This document shows, in pieces, positions 24,701-40,700 of a stretch of 64,000 nucleotides of DNA (within the stretch, counting starts at the first letter, position 1; every line of letters begins with the position of its first letter). The notes beneath the pieces were generated by a model. The model had not been told where the DNA came from, searched no databases, and saw only the letters and a program-made list of their open reading frames with translations. A program made the position numbers and the translations under genes. The DNA is from Bugula neritina (taxonomy: Eukaryota > Animalia > Bryozoa). Location of the stretch: NCBI GenBank assembly GCA_964035545.1, contig OZ037770.1, forward strand, positions 13,568,642-13,632,641, written 5' to 3'.

Positions 24701-27700
24701 ATACTAATTTATTTCAAATTTCCAACCAACTGTTGAACTATAAACCTAACTAGACGGAATATATCAAGTATTATGTAACAAATTAAGGCAGCAACGTACC
24801 TCTACCAGCCAGCTCTTCCTGAGAAGTATGAGTTTTGTTCTTCTGGGCGTTGCGTTTCCTCACACAGAGAATGATGACGAGAATGAGTATGATAATAAGA
24901 GACAGACAGAACAGAACTATGATCAGGTAGATCCACCAAGCGAGAGTCGGGGCAGAGACGGGGCTGGTGTTCACTACAACCACATATGACTAATACGTGA
25001 ATCATAGCCTAATACGGAGTTGTGTGCACAATGTTTAGTACATGGTATTCGCTTAGCTTTTGTCACGACATTTACTGTCGATGTTAACCTACATTGATCT
25101 GAACAATCTGACACTTATCAATTCTCAAAAGTTGATCAAAAACTCTTGAAAGACCAAAAAGAAATTGTAAAAAAAGTCAAATAAAGTATGAAATACATAT
25201 GAGGCACAGAGCCAATAGCAAATTCATTATTTGACCTTTGAACTTGTCTGTGAAAACTAAAACAAAATGTAGCTAATCACAGACTGACACTAACAAAGCT
25301 AACCCATTCCTTAAATGTTATACTATGCTATGTAATATATACTATGATATATTATTTATTATAGTATATAATAGTATATAATATGTCATATATACTAGGA
25401 AATACTACAATATTTATTATATTATAACGTGTATTTTATTTCATTCATCTTATATTAAATCCTATCATATTGTATATTCAATTCACTGCTTCATAATCTT
25501 TTTATTGCTACTCATTATTACACTACACTATATTATTACATCATATTGTGTCATAAATACTGTGATGGAGACTTCTCTCTCTACTATTCAAGTTGAACTG
25601 CACATCAAAGTAATAAACTGGTTAATACCAGACACCAGCCACTAGTTCTAAGTTAGGTAAGCTCTGTCTATCTAAAAGCTCAGGCAGCAGCAATATTTAT
25701 ATTATATTATATTATCATATTATATTACATTATATTATTATATTATATTATATTATATTATATTATAATATTATATTATATTATATTATATTATATTCAC
25801 ATATGAAGCTTCTGCAAACACATACTTAGACCCTCAGCTGCAAACAAGTTATAAAACTGTTTTATGTAAAGTATATGAAAATTTGATTTGCATCTTCATT
25901 CGCACAAACTGGCAGTTTATCAAATAGACTTAATATGTCGTACTTAATAAAAATAATTTAGCCAAAATAATTCATGGCTCCAGATTAGTATCAAATATTA
26001 TTAAACATCAATCAACATGACTCTATAATACATGATATCAGCAAATACTACTTAAACAAGTCTTTTTTCACTTAATTAGAAGAATGCCATACCAAACAGC
26101 TGCATATTGATAAGGGACAGTTTACGGACATGCATGAAGAACTTTACCTTGAGCCCCAGCTGTGGGTCCGTCTTCACCCAGTGTGGTTTCTTCTGGTGCA
26201 GGTTCTGTCCTCCAGGAGAGGTGGAAACCCTTCTTGGCTATTCGGCTGTCGGCTGCAAAAAGCAGACGTCTAAGGATCAGCTGAAACGCGACTTCAGCCA
26301 TATTTACATCAAGTAGAGAAAGTGATTGATATTGATGTTATCAATACTTAAATTTTCGTTAAATTTAAAATTTGCTTAAAATTTTAAACTTCCATCACAA
26401 TTGTAATTTCAAGTAGAAGAATTGCACCAAGTAAAAGCAGTGATTGACTTATGAATGACTTATTATATTACAGATGATATAATAGAATATATATTATAGT
26501 GATTAGACTTAATGTTATCATTATCAAAATGTTAATTTTCAGTACAGAAATGAAAAAACTAACCCTCAAACCTGACTTCCATTCTATTGCCACTGGCCTT
26601 GTATGTGAGTATATCGGGCTTGTTTCCAGAGAGTTCCGCTATCACAGCGTCATTGTTCAATGGGTCCACAAGCTAACAACATAAACAAACAAAACTGTTA
26701 GCCTTCTGAGCGGTTGGTTAGGCTTTCAGTCAAAGTGAAAAAATATAAAAAATCAAATTTTATAATTTTGAGTAGAACTTAAACCTAGGGCTATTTACTA
26801 TCGCAGGTAAAAGTATTAACAAGTACCTGTAGGTCAAGATATGAGGTATGGCGAGTTACATGTTTAGTCTGAAAGCTTTTTATCAATGCCAGTGATTTAT
26901 TTGTAAGCTGCTTTTTCAAGCTAGCAAAATGCTAACTGTATTTCATCAGCATGAAAAATTATTCTCAGCCTCTTCAGGAATTTGACTATCAGTTATTTAC
27001 CTTAACTGTGTCAAACCGACGCTCCGTCGTGAAATCTTCCACATTGATAACAACGATGGTGCCGGGAGATGATGTAATATCCCACACATGGCTGTATGTG
27101 CCGGACGGCCAAAAGTAAGGCTTGGGATAAAATGGTGACTTTATGTCTCGACTGTCATCCTCCGTCAGAGAAGTTATCTGTCCATTGGCTAGAAGGAAGG
27201 ACAACTTCAAATCAGTTTGAATGAATTAAATGGTACAATATTTATTTACAAACAGAACTTTAAATCAAATATAAAGTGAGTTGATAAGCACTCTGAATTT
27301 CGCATTTGCGCTATCATGCAAACATAACAATTGTGCAATTATTATTTCAACAGAAACGACTTTATATCAGTACTAGCAAGTGTGGATATTCTTGACAACT
27401 AAAAGAAATACCACAATAACTTATTCTCAGCAGCTAAATTACTAAAATATTATCAAGCTAAAAGTTGATTTATCACGTACTAGGAGGAGGCACAATGGTG
27501 GGATCTGGGTTAGCCGAGACCGTAATGTTATCAACAGCGAAATCTCCGTCACCATAAATTCCAGCACCATTTAATGTTCTTTTAGCAGTGAATCGCAGTA
27601 AAAAAACTCCTGGAAATAGAGAATACATTTTATAGAAATTTAACTCTACATTTCAACAGTAAACTAGTAATATTTCAACAGGAAACTTGTAAGCTAATTC

Positions 27701-28747
27701 ATAATTGTTAAAATGCTGGAAACGTGATCAGTAAATTATCAATATTTCATCAGAAAGTTATTACTGCTTTGCCGTAATTATTATGAAAAAACACTAGAAC
27801 TAAGAAACAAAACAAACAATAAACAAAAACATTACACTGTGGTTAAAATAGAAATGAACAAAAAAATGTACTTTTTAGCATTGTACACCATTGAATGTTT
27901 TAAGATGCATTTTGTTTGACACTATGATAAGTTTGTTGAAATCTGTTGAATTCAAACTCATGTTCAAAAGTTTATGTTAGTTTCTAGTATTTAAACAAAA
28001 GTAGGCAAAATAAAAGACAATAATACTACCTTCTCTTTCAAAGTCCTCAGAAGCCAAAAACCATCTGTCAGTTGAAACACCGTCAAACATCCAGAGATTG
28101 GTGGACTCATCATCAGAACTGATTTGTCTCCTCTTTCTTTGACTCTCTGGAACTATATCTACTGTGAGTGATCCCAGGTTGCTCCCGAATGCACTGTATG
28201 CAAAACTTAGGCTGTGTTTGTTACTGCTGTGAAAGATGGGACCGACTGTGAAAGACCCGACATCGTCATTCTAAAATTATAGAGAAAATAGTACTCAGTC
28301 TATCCATGTGTATGTAGGCAATGTTAACTTTAATTTAGGGCCATTAGTAATACATAGGCATAGTAATATAAATTAGTAATAGATATAATAGTAATTCATA
28401 AATGTAGTAATATAAATTACTAATAGATAGATATAGTTGCTGTCAGATGAACAACTTACCACGGCAGCATGGCTGTCCATAAGCAGATATCCTCCTGATG
28501 CTGTCGCAGGTCCGGTGTCCGGGTAATTTGGCCCTTGACCTCTCCACCATTTCCACTGGAAGTCTGTGTCCTCCAGTATAGAGATCATGTCGATACAGTC
28601 TAACTCAGTGACAAAGTAGCAGGCGCCTTGTCCCAGCGCTGTATTATATTATATTACATAATATATAATATGTGTATAAATATATAAATATAAACATAAA
28701 TATATATATATATATGTATATAAATATATATATATGTATATAAATGT

Positions 28748-28783
<36 letters not shown>

Positions 28784-31700
28784 ATAAATATATATATAAA
28801 TATATAAATATTCCAATATATCATAGCTTACCATGTCTAACATTAAATTAACGTGATGAAATAAAAATTTTAATAAATAAATTATTACCGAAAAAATTGT
28901 ATACATATATATACTATTAGCAACTGTTCATACAAATGAAGGACCACATTTTATGACAACTGAAAAACTTGTTTTATTTTATAAAGTTCAAAGTTCAATA
29001 AACACAAGTGGAAATAAACTAAAAGAGCAAGCAAGAAGAGAAAATGTGAATACAGAGTATCCAAAGGTTTGATACTGCTGCAGGAGTGGAGACAAAATAG
29101 AAACTTACGTTGAGGGGTTGTAGTGAGCAAGCTGACTTCCTTCCACTCGACTCTCCACCCCTTGGCGTCAGCGTCAGCATCTGTGGTGAAAGTGAGCAGC
29201 ACTTGGTTAGTCAGCGACGTGTACACTGAGTCAGCTACATCTCCCGAGAGAGTGAACAGGGGGACGTCTTTGTTTACATCGGCTGCCTGTGAAACACATG
29301 CTGCCAGTTACAGCCAATCATAATCCAAACATTCTATCAGACTACTGAATGAAAACAAAAAGCTGGCATACAAAGTATAAGATCTGGGGCCACTACGTCT
29401 TTCTTTATTGCATGAGGAGATAAAAAAGTAGGTTTTTTGGTTATTTAAGAGCATTTCAATTTCATTTCGTAACTTAAAACTGTAATACAACAGATAAACT
29501 CTTTTAGTTTGTTAAACAAAATGCTCAACACATGACATACCTGTAAGACATCGTTGATTTCAGTGTCAAAGTTAGTGACAGTTAGCTCTATGACAAAGCT
29601 CGGGGCGACAGTAATAGTCCAAGTGTGGTTGAATATGTCAGGGTAAAAACTGGGGTAGTTGGGGGACACGACCACCCCACCCTCACCAGTCACGTTAGTC
29701 TCAGTTCCTTCAGGGTTCTCTGCAACCCATTCAAATATTTTATAAAAGGCATTATTGATAGAAAACAGCTAAACTCATGACGATTTTTTCAACGATGATT
29801 ATCTTTAAAGAAAGAAGATACTAAAATCTGACAGAATTTAGCAAGTTCTAATAGTCTTGGAAAGTTGCCTGAAAAATTTGCAAACTTTAAATAGATATAG
29901 TATAGTATCACAGAAGAGCATAACAAACCTGTGGCCAGACTAGTATCGGAGTCGGGGTATAGGGGTACCCCCCCACAGTTTACTACTGGTACCTCAACAT
30001 TATCCAGGGCAAAGTCACTTCCGCCCGTAGCAGCTGACCGTTTAGCTTCAAAACTCAACTAAACAACACAGCAATACATTACCAGCTACAAGATACTGCA
30101 TGTAACATAAACATTATTAGTTACTGAATAAATGAATTTAAAATAAAAACCTATACACAGCTTATAAATATATACAAGTCTTTACAAAACTTATCAGCAT
30201 GCAGAAATCTTTCATCTAAAGATGGCCATGGTGATCGCTGAAATGTAAATTCTAATTATTTTAAGTTATAACATAAAATACTTTAAAAGTAATTATAAAA
30301 CCCATGCTTATTCGCTTCTAATTTTACAACAATGTCCAGGAAATTCCCAACATTTGTTCAAACTAAATCTAAAACTAAGTAATTTCAATTTACAAAATTC
30401 TTGATTATAAACCTTCTCAAGTTGCCTTTATACCTTCACGATTTTCGGTCAGAATTTCAATTTGGCCGGGTTGAAATTTCACCGAGTTGCATTGCATTGT
30501 AAAAGCCACTCGTAAAAATTTTTGTACTGCGATAACTTAATCGGCCAATTTTAGAATAGGAGTAATAACACCTTGTAAACATCGTTATTTAGTTATTACT
30601 TTGGCGATCAGACAACGTACTTATACGGTTATAATTATATAGCCTACGCCTTCTCAATTATCGCTTTTATGTTGTCCGCTTCACTAATTCACGACGTTTA
30701 CAAAGGGCATCAAATAGCTATTATGCGAGTCAAATTTCAATTTCAGAAAGTGAGCAACCGCATCAATATGATTTCAACGAGTTTCAGTTTGACTATAAAG
30801 GGGTACCCGGACAAGCATTATTAACTTAAACTCGGTACTTTTTTCAGCAGAGGTATAAACGCAACTTCACTCGTAATAACTTGAAGCTTGATTATTTTAA
30901 ACAAAAACTAGTAAAAGATTATACTTTATCGGCTAGTGTTGGCTCACCTTAAACTTGTCAAAGTATCTGAATGGCACCACTACTGGATCAGTCCATCCAC
31001 TAGTTATGATGTCACTAGACCACAGCTCTTTGACCTTGACATTTTCAGGGGTCAGCAGAATCAATCTGAGTGTGCCACCTGATCCATCTGGTAAAATATA
31101 ACAGAGTCCTGTGTGACACTGCAAGTCAGTGTGATGCAATTTAGTTGTGTGGTAGCTTCAAAAACTACCCCGGTTGAGATGGAGAACTTTGCCTGGTGCA
31201 GGTTCATAACTTAGGGTTTGGGGTTTGAGTTCATATTGTGACACTTCACTTCACGGACAGACAACTTCTTTAGATCTAGTAACCCTTAGAACTAGCATCA
31301 TTTAAAATAATCTAACAGTAATTAAGAGTTTTTAAATTTCAAATTCAATAAAATTAATGTAAAGTAAAAACAATACTAAAACTGCTAAATTTACACGCAG
31401 CAGATACCCTGAACTATTTACATGCTTTGAGTCACCATGATACAAGGGGTCAGGGTATTGCGAATCAGTTCGAGTCATTTAGTTATGATTAGTCTGTGTG
31501 CGTCAGTCAGGCATTGTTAGTGAGTTAGAGTGAGTTGGGATTTGGAATCCATATACCAATTGGTAAGTTTTAAAGTCAATATGAGTCATTTAGGTACTAT
31601 TAGTCTGTGTGAGTCAGTCAGTTATTGTTGTCAGTGGGGCATAAATTGAAATCAGTAACTCAATGCATGCAAGATGATAGAACTCACCTGATATGCTATG

Positions 31701-34700
31701 TCTGAAGGAAATGCTGTGACAAGTGTCTGGATCATACACAACGTCTGTTGTTAGTGTAGCTAAATCACTGCTAGCCTATAACACAACCTAACAGGTTTAC
31801 ATCTATCTCACCAACTGTGATAAATACGGTTTATTCGGAGACAACAAAATTTTTTTTTTAATATTTGAAAAATAAAGGTAAAATTTTAGTGAATGCACGA
31901 AAAATATTTGTTTTTATGTTTGAAACCTACCACTTGATCAGCATCAACAAATGCCATTCTGCCAGTTGCACTGATATCTTCAGGTGGAACTCGGCTGGCA
32001 TTGCTACCAACTCTCTCCCACCTCAGGCCATCAGCTGGCTGAGTGTAGGCGCAGAAATCGGCGTTGAAGTCACAGCTGTGTTGACCAATAGCTGGAAAGT
32101 TATACTCTCATATTACAAATAGTAGAGAAAACAACTTCTCAAGTCTAAGCAATAAATACTGATAGGCAAGTAAATTCATAGCCTGTGAGAAGGGCAAGCT
32201 CAGTTCCCAGGTTTGACATCCCCAGGTGTTTCTTTTACTCATGAACTTAAGTATTGAAAGTACAAAGTCTAAAATAGTTATTTATATGAACTGTAAAATC
32301 TAATAAATTTCGGTTTATTAAAGAAAGACGAAATTCAAACATACTATTTCATTTATTGAAATTAGTATCCAAGAACTAAATTGAGTATTGTGCTAGCTTG
32401 TAAAAAATTATCTAGAAGCCATATAATACGCCCTGGCTGTATCACATCGCTGAAAGCAACTATCTTCTTGACAATATCTAAGTTCAAGGACCAATAGGCT
32501 GAAAAATTGCAAAACGTATATATACAATCCGATTTCAATACCTTAGCCCATCTAGGCTTTTTGTACTTGAATCAGATAGATAGTATGCCAGGTTTGCTCA
32601 AAGAACGTATGCTAGTAGTATTTTACTCTGTCTAATGTTTATATACTGAGATGTGTTGTAAAAGAAGTGCAAAAAATGGTATACATAACATAATTTGCTA
32701 AACAGTAAAAGCATACACGCATTACCTAAATTCCAATAATGCTTTTGTTTTGCAAGCATTACACTTACGGTGAGGTGTAGTAGTGCCAGTGGTAGTTGTG
32801 GTGGGTGTAGTGGTAGTTGTAGTGGGTGTAGTTGTGGTGGTTGGTGTGGTAGTAGCTACAAACACACGCATATGCTTCATACCACACAAAACAGCCAACA
32901 ACATTTAATAGGAAGCACCCCACGCCACTACATCTAATGCGAGAAAATCAGAACATTCCAGAAGATTTCCAACAGGCAATCGTGTGTGACAGAATAACAA
33001 ACAATTTGTTGTAGAAAATGAAGGAGCATGCTAATAAGTTGATAAAAATAAAAAAATAGTCATTTAGCTAATTTTTAATTGATTAGTGTCACTGTACTTG
33101 GTAATTGTCTCACCCTATTTAATAACCATCTCATCCTAATTGGTAATTGTCTTACTCTATTTCATAATTGTCTCACTTTAATTGGCAACTTTTGTAACCC
33201 AGTCAAACACTCTCCGTTATATAAATCACATATTAAAACATTATGACACTACATCAAAGATATTTGACACCTTAGAATAAAATTAAGCCATGGTAGGACA
33301 ACACTCGTTCTGATCATTATGTTAAAGAAAGAATAAGCCGTTGAAGTAACCAACAGTATCAACTTATTAATAAGCGAGTATACTACAAAACCCTTTGATT
33401 AGCTTCAGCCAATGGCAAGCTGGCCTTAGCTAAAATCAAATTATACCGTCACCTTCTATCTCTAAATTTAGCATATATCTACATAATGCATTCCTAAATA
33501 AAGAAGACAAATCTTCAAAATTAAAACTGTTATTTAAAGGCTTATTTAGCTGATCAAAAGAAATCTTTTTCACTAGAATTGGCTAGTAAAACTTTTTTTT
33601 CCGAACAATTTTATTGCCACATTAAGTTGTAGGGCAAACTAAAGTAAGCATAGCAGCACATGCTGGTTGAACTACATACAACTTAGCAGTTTAATCTGAA
33701 CAAGAGGTAGCGCTAGAGGCAGCAAAAGAGACAGCAGATTACCATAGTATTAGTCTGTCAGAGGAAAAGAAATATATGAGAAATAGAACATCAAATAAAC
33801 AGGAAATATTTAATTTGTTTTTTGCTTATAGCTAAGCTTTGACAAAATATATTTCACTATTAAGTCTCATTATCCAGTTTGATAAAATTATTCTTACAGC
33901 TCACGAACCAATTTCAAACTACAAACATCAATTTTGATCAAATCAATATAAGGAATTTATATTCATAGTTCACCAATCATAGCTTTTAAAATTTCAGATT
34001 TTAAACCTCAAATATGATTCAAAGGTGTATGTTTATTAAATTTCAGTCAAGAAAAAGTATTTTTGAAATGTAGTGAGAAATGAAAGATTGAATAAAAAAA
34101 ATGGGGCTACAAGATGGTGGCCTTACAAAGGTGTAGTTGCAGTTGTTGTAGGGGTAGTCGCTAGAAAAAAAATCGTAAAAGACGCTCAGCCATGCTGTGC
34201 TATGCGTACATAGGAATGTTATTCGATTTGAATATGCAAGAGTCGGGAAATTATGTGTAGAAAATGCGATTGAATGTCATCATGATTACAACCATGCTAG
34301 GCTTGTTCAAAATCAAGCTAAGTAAAGAAACAACGAACATCGTCAAGAAAATGAGAAATACAGTTTTAATTTGTCGAAATCAACTTAGTCAACCATTAGG
34401 TTAGTAGCTTAAATTCTGTTTATGAATTTACCAATAGTGTAAAAATTTTCTGTTAATGAGCATATAGCTGTTAACTAGCAAACACATTTCCCAAAATAAT
34501 TTTAAATGAGCATTACTATAAGCAAATGTGTAGCGAAAATATCAGCTAGGCCAAACAACAATTTTAAATCACAAAATATATCATTAAGTTGTAAATATAC
34601 TTAGAGCTTAATTAGTGGAGGTGATTGTTATGTTAGAAATACATAGTATTCTGATTAATAAAAAGTGTATATCTCAGCTCACACAACTCTGAAAATACTT

Positions 34701-37700
34701 GTAAATAACATTGATAAAAGTAGTTTTAGCAGTCAATGGTAAAGTTTATACTCACTTGTTGGAACTGTAGTAGCTGCAACAAACAACAAAAACTTAACTA
34801 GAATAACTAACCATTGTTGAAAATTGATTGTTGAAAATTCATTGTTGCACAACAATTAAAATTAAAATAATATGTTATGAAGTAAATAAAACAATGCAAT
34901 CATGCAAAGTATTTATTTTTATCAGAAAATTCAATTTTGATGAAAAACAATAAAAAGCATTTTAAAAACATAACTAAAGTTAGACATTTAATGAATTTAA
35001 AGTTTCAACACACAGAAGGTCAGCAAAAGCATTAGTAGTGAGTGAAAAACGGATTACTTACTGGTAGTAGGGGTAGTGGTAGTGGTAGGTGTGGTGGTGG
35101 TAGTGGGTGTAGTGGCTAAACAAAACATTAACTTGTTAGAAGGCGCACAAACATTGAGGTATAACAAAATACAAACATAGGTGTGTACCTGGACAGTTAG
35201 GTGCATTAATGGGGACATTTAAGTTGCCAAGATTGTTCAATTTCCATTCTTGTATTTTGGTATCAGGTGTAAATTACAATTTTCACTAGACATAACATTT
35301 TCTGCTACTTTTTTCATTTAGCTGATCTATTATTATTTTATTTTCTCCATGACTGTATCAACATCCAAAGTATGTCAGCTGACACATCAGCTAATGAAAG
35401 ACGGCTCAAAATGGTGAGTTTGCAAGTAAAACAACATATAATCACACCACAAACTTAGAAAATAAAAATTTTCAGCAGTTTTAGCACACGCAGTCAGGGT
35501 TAAAAACCGCATTAGTAGCTAGCGGGAAGGATAACTTACTCGTCGTAGGTGTAGTGGTGGTAGTAGGTGTAGTGGTGGTAGTGGTGGTAGTGGTGGTAGT
35601 GGGTGTAGGGGTGGTAGTGGGAGTAGTGGCTAAACAATACATCAATTTGTTAAGACACACACATGCATGGAAGTATAACATACAATAAGAATCTGCTGGG
35701 AACACAAGTGATACTGACACAGGTGCTTGTTGGAAGTTCTAATAGTTTGTGTTACAGAAAGACCTACTAGCAGTTGGGGTGGACGTAGTAGGGGTGGGAT
35801 CTGAAACACCACCACAGATAGATAGGATCACATGCTACATGCTTGCTACTCATAGGCTAATATATAGTGCCATGCACACATGCTGGAACAATACAACGGA
35901 ATTATACGTCTACACTCTACAGGGAGGAATAGATGCAGGGAAGGAAAACTCCTAATTGTATTAATCTCTCATAGGAAGTTAAAACCTGTGTAAAGGCTGC
36001 ACGAGTTTATAGAAGGACAACTCCAGATACAGCAGGAGAGAAGCCATACAGGGAGATTATTACAAGAGGAGAAAACCCACTCACTTGCACAGCCACCATC
36101 GATATCAGAGCATGTCTCTAACGACACGTCATCAATAGCAAAGTCGCCACTCTCCGAGTTGTTAGCATAACCAATAAATAACATCTGCAATCAACAAAAG
36201 CACACATATGATCAACAAGAAATAATGCGCTTTGTAGTTGCCCTATCCTGTAAAAACACATCCTGCACTCAACAAAAAGAGTTAAGATTTGAAGGTCTGA
36301 TTGTATTAATATTTTACTTTTATTTTCCCTGCCATGTCCTGATCAGGTTGCGGTGGTATTTTATTGATTTATATAGTTGGTATAACAAGTATAAACCCAT
36401 TTCAGCACATAGGTCTAGTGATATTCAATTGTTGATTATTTACAATTTGTAGATCAACAATGGCTGTTATTGGCTAGCATGTGCATCGAAATTCTTAAAG
36501 AATCCCGACAAACTTCATCTATGCAGTGATAATATAATTGTATATATATCATAGCTATCATCTACATACTGTTTGATAGTTGTATGTTTGCACAAAACTT
36601 ATTATGAAACAAGATTATTTAAACATACAACCCCCTAGCACTCTGTAGTTGATAGCTAAGATACATATGAATATTGCTGCATAAATGTGAAGTGTATCAG
36701 GGATTCTTCAAGTTGTTATAAAAAATTACAAATCAAATCATAAAAACTACATTCACGCACAACTATATTATCATCAATCACTGCTTTAATAAACTCATTC
36801 TAAATAAATTTCATTTCTTAGGAGCAGTAGCAAAGAAATTGAGATAGCCTAAGTTCTTTAATTTTATTATTAAACTTTGGTTTGGGGCGCGGGTTGAAAT
36901 CTTTGCAACATAGCTTCTTTTCCTACATTTTTAATCTAGAACACAGGCTTTTCTCAATTTCTCCTTTACTGCACCTACCTCAATGTCATTATACAGTGCA
37001 TCTACCATTGCTAAATATTTCTATATCAGAGATTATGTAGGATCAAAGCTGGTCTCTCAACACTGCAAACAGATCTATACTCACCTTGACCGGACCCTCC
37101 ACCCTTACAGTCCTCCTCATATGCACCCACTCATCTTTAGACAGGGGCACTCCGCCAAGCCTCTGAGGCAAAGTGACAATAGGTTCATTCGCCCCGTCAA
37201 TCCAAGCCTGCAGAAACAAACTCTAAGTTTAGTTATCAAGCAAATGCAAAAACTTACAAATTTTCCAAACAAACTTTAAAATAAGAGAAGACAACTTTTT
37301 ATGGAATTTAGGAGTTTTCACCTCATTGAACGATCCATTTCGCGGAAAACAAATTAATAAACTATAGCTAATTGACATGCCAAGACAAACATGTAGGTAC
37401 CGGTAAGTGTAAATGTAAGCAAAACAATAATATAATTGTTCCCTTTACTGATGGGTAATTTTCTAAAAATGTGTTGTTTGTTTATATACAACTTAAAATA
37501 TATCTAAGTTGGTGAGCAATTATTCAAAAGGTTTCTTGGAAAGACTTAAATTCTTAGTACTTAGTGGAGAAAGGGTTAAAGAATTGAATGTAATAATCAT
37601 ATGTTAAACAAAGATCAAAAGGCCAATAAGAATGTAACATGAAACTAGCATATCAATGGCTAACTCAAAACACTTGAAATCAATGATGGTGTAATAGTTA

Positions 37701-40700
37701 ACAGTAAGTGATCCAGTAGTTACCAGCTTAATAAAACATAACAATTCCTTTGACAATCTAATCCTACAATACCTTTAGAAAATTAAACTAAAGCAAACAA
37801 AATAAACTCAATAATAGACTGAGTATAATAAACACAACAGTGAAAGGAGGGAGCGGGCACAGAGGCTGTCAGTATCAGCTAGGGAATCACGGCTTCAAAT
37901 GGTGCCAGTTACATAATTGCATATCATTTGCCTGAAATATTTCAACAAAAGTAAAACCAAATTCATTTGAAAAAGTAAATGCCTTCAAAAGTTATTTAGA
38001 TTTGTTGAAAGAAAAAATTCTCAACACAGTATTTTACTTTAAATTGGAGCTCAGATAATGAAGTAGTGAAAAATGCAAATAGTTTAAACCAGCTGTGATA
38101 AAGTTTACGTTTAGCTGCATATTTCAAAATGTCTACTGAAGACCATATAAAGTCATGTGACACTCACTATCACAAAATTGTTGAACTACCAAATATTTCT
38201 AATAAACATTTATTCCCTCACACAAGTTTATTGTCACCATGCCTGTGAGAAACCTCTGATGGAAGGGTTTGGTTAAATCAGGCTAAGGACTTAATCAGAT
38301 GGGACACAGGAGTAATTATGACTGGATACTCTTCCTAACACCACCGCTGGCCTTTGTCTGGGCTCGAACCCACGACCTTGTGTTTACTAAGCAAATGTTC
38401 TAACTCCTAGACTATGACTGCAACTTTATTATTCACTATTGAAGCTAAATTTTCTTTAATTTAGAAAACAACAGTTGCCCTGGATTCATATGATATCAAC
38501 TGTAGATATACAAACCTCGAGTCTGTTCAACTCATCCCCACGAGCATGGTAGTAAAACTCCATGTAAAAACAGCCACACTTTGGGTAAAACTCGGGAGTG
38601 CTCAGCACAGCTCGCTTTTCATACTACAAATGATAAGAAAATAATGTTTTTATATGCATTTAAATTATTATAAATAAAATAACGTGCAACAAAACTTACA
38701 TTTAGGCCTGCAGTAACGGAGAAACTTTAATAGCTGATAGATAAACAGTTGGTTAGTTTTAATTTAACTAAAGAATAGTTCAAGTTCATCGATTTTCTTA
38801 ATAAATCTTGAGTTGAAATTCTGGCGAGAATATAATTTATAACATTTCTAATTTAGAATACAGGTTTTTCATAATTACTGGAATTACCTCAATCAAAATT
38901 TAGGCACGCCAGAAAATTATTTTAAAAAATTTGCCTAAAACAGTAGATGAAAATCAGGAAACAGAACTATTACAGCAAATTGCAAAACACATTGTCTTTC
39001 TAGTTTCTCTTCCTTTAAGTCCAGTGTTTATTATATATTACAGTTAGATGAGAGAGTGAATAGAATATTACAATTAGATGAGAGAGTGAATAGAATATTA
39101 CAATTAGAGTAAAAGGTTAAAAGTTTAAAAATAAGTTCTCACTCTGGGTGTAGAAGCTGCAGAAACGTCCATCTGCATACGATAGCCACTGACGCTACCC
39201 AAAGTGTGATCTATAGAAGGACCCGTTGAGGAGGGAAAAAAGCCCGTACCCCGAGTTCGCAACCAGTTGAACTGACTCCGGTAGTCGACTATGTCAAACC
39301 CACAGACATCCGTCTGTTCAAAGTAAGAGAGGACATAACTCACATATAATTAGTCACTTGAATAAAATATGCAAAAAAAATAAACTGTAGCAAACATGCA
39401 TTATAGAACATGAGCATTAAATGCCAAATGCTTTTTTACATTTCAGTTTTGATAATTATAATAGAAATACCTACTTCAAAGTCACATTTGATTGGCAGAC
39501 CAAAGACAAGTAGTTCTGTGGGAGTTGCCTCGCCTATCCGGTTGATATCTACGCTGTCTATGGCAATGTCTCCCAACGAACTTTCCCCTCTCCAGCCTTC
39601 AAACTCAACCTACAACATAATAATAACTTTACTTTTAGGAGTTCTTTTCTATATCTAATATATGGGATACCCACTACTACATAAACTTCATTCTAAAATG
39701 CAAAAGTTATAACAGAAAATCTCTGTGCAGTTCTTTGATATATAATCTCTCCCCTGGAGCAAAAGTTGCATTGTGGTACATTTATACATGCTACAACTTA
39801 GTAGCATGATAGAGTAGATAACTCCTTTACTTTTAATATAGCGATTAATTTACTATGCTTGTAGTCTTACCATAATTAGTATGTTAATACGAGTATGATG
39901 CATAACCATAGTAATATCATCACAACAAAACAAACAATTACCTAATAGCAGGGAAACATTATAAACTTATGTTGTGTCTTTTCATTACGTTGCGTCATAG
40001 TCATGTTTGACCCTCTCTGATCAAAATTTAACTTGCATATTCAGATACAGCAGGTAAAAACACCCGTGTAGGCTATTTAAAAAATATAGACTCAAATATA
40101 ATTTTCACTAATTCTTTTTGTGTGTTTGTACTAAATAAACTGGACTCACCCAAATGTTAATGTAACATATGACGTGTATAATGTTAACATAATATATAAT
40201 GTTAATATAATACTTAAAACGCTAGTACAGTTAAGTAATAATACAACTATATTGCACTAACACGGAATGATGACTCCCGATCAATCTGAACTGTAACCTC
40301 TGTCCAATTAGGTTGTTCGCCGTTGAAGGACATCGAGTAAGACCAAATCCTATTGGTGAATTCAGAGCCAGACGACCTAGTTGACACGGAAAGGCCACCT
40401 GGTTCACCTTTTGCATGGTACCAGAAGTTAACGGTGTATTTACCAGGCTCCAAATCCGATGTATATACTATGGCATTGTCATTTACAATCTAAAATTATA
40501 AGTTGCATGAAAAAAATCACACTCAAATTTCAAGAATTTAGTTTTTGTAATGAATAAATGAAATTTTCGTTTAGAACATACTGATATTGTTTTTAAATAA
40601 TTGCTTTTAGCAAAATTTAAATCTTGGAGGTAATTAATTGTGTAGAAATTATTTTAATTTGCTGTATCTTTATCAAAATTTGAATTTATTCCATGCTATT

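Noticed and set aside
30400-30870. CpG-richer intronic segment, possibly a transposon (a similar one at ~14050-14500)
   Set aside because: I could not identify TIRs, a TSD, coding remnants or a second copy by eye.
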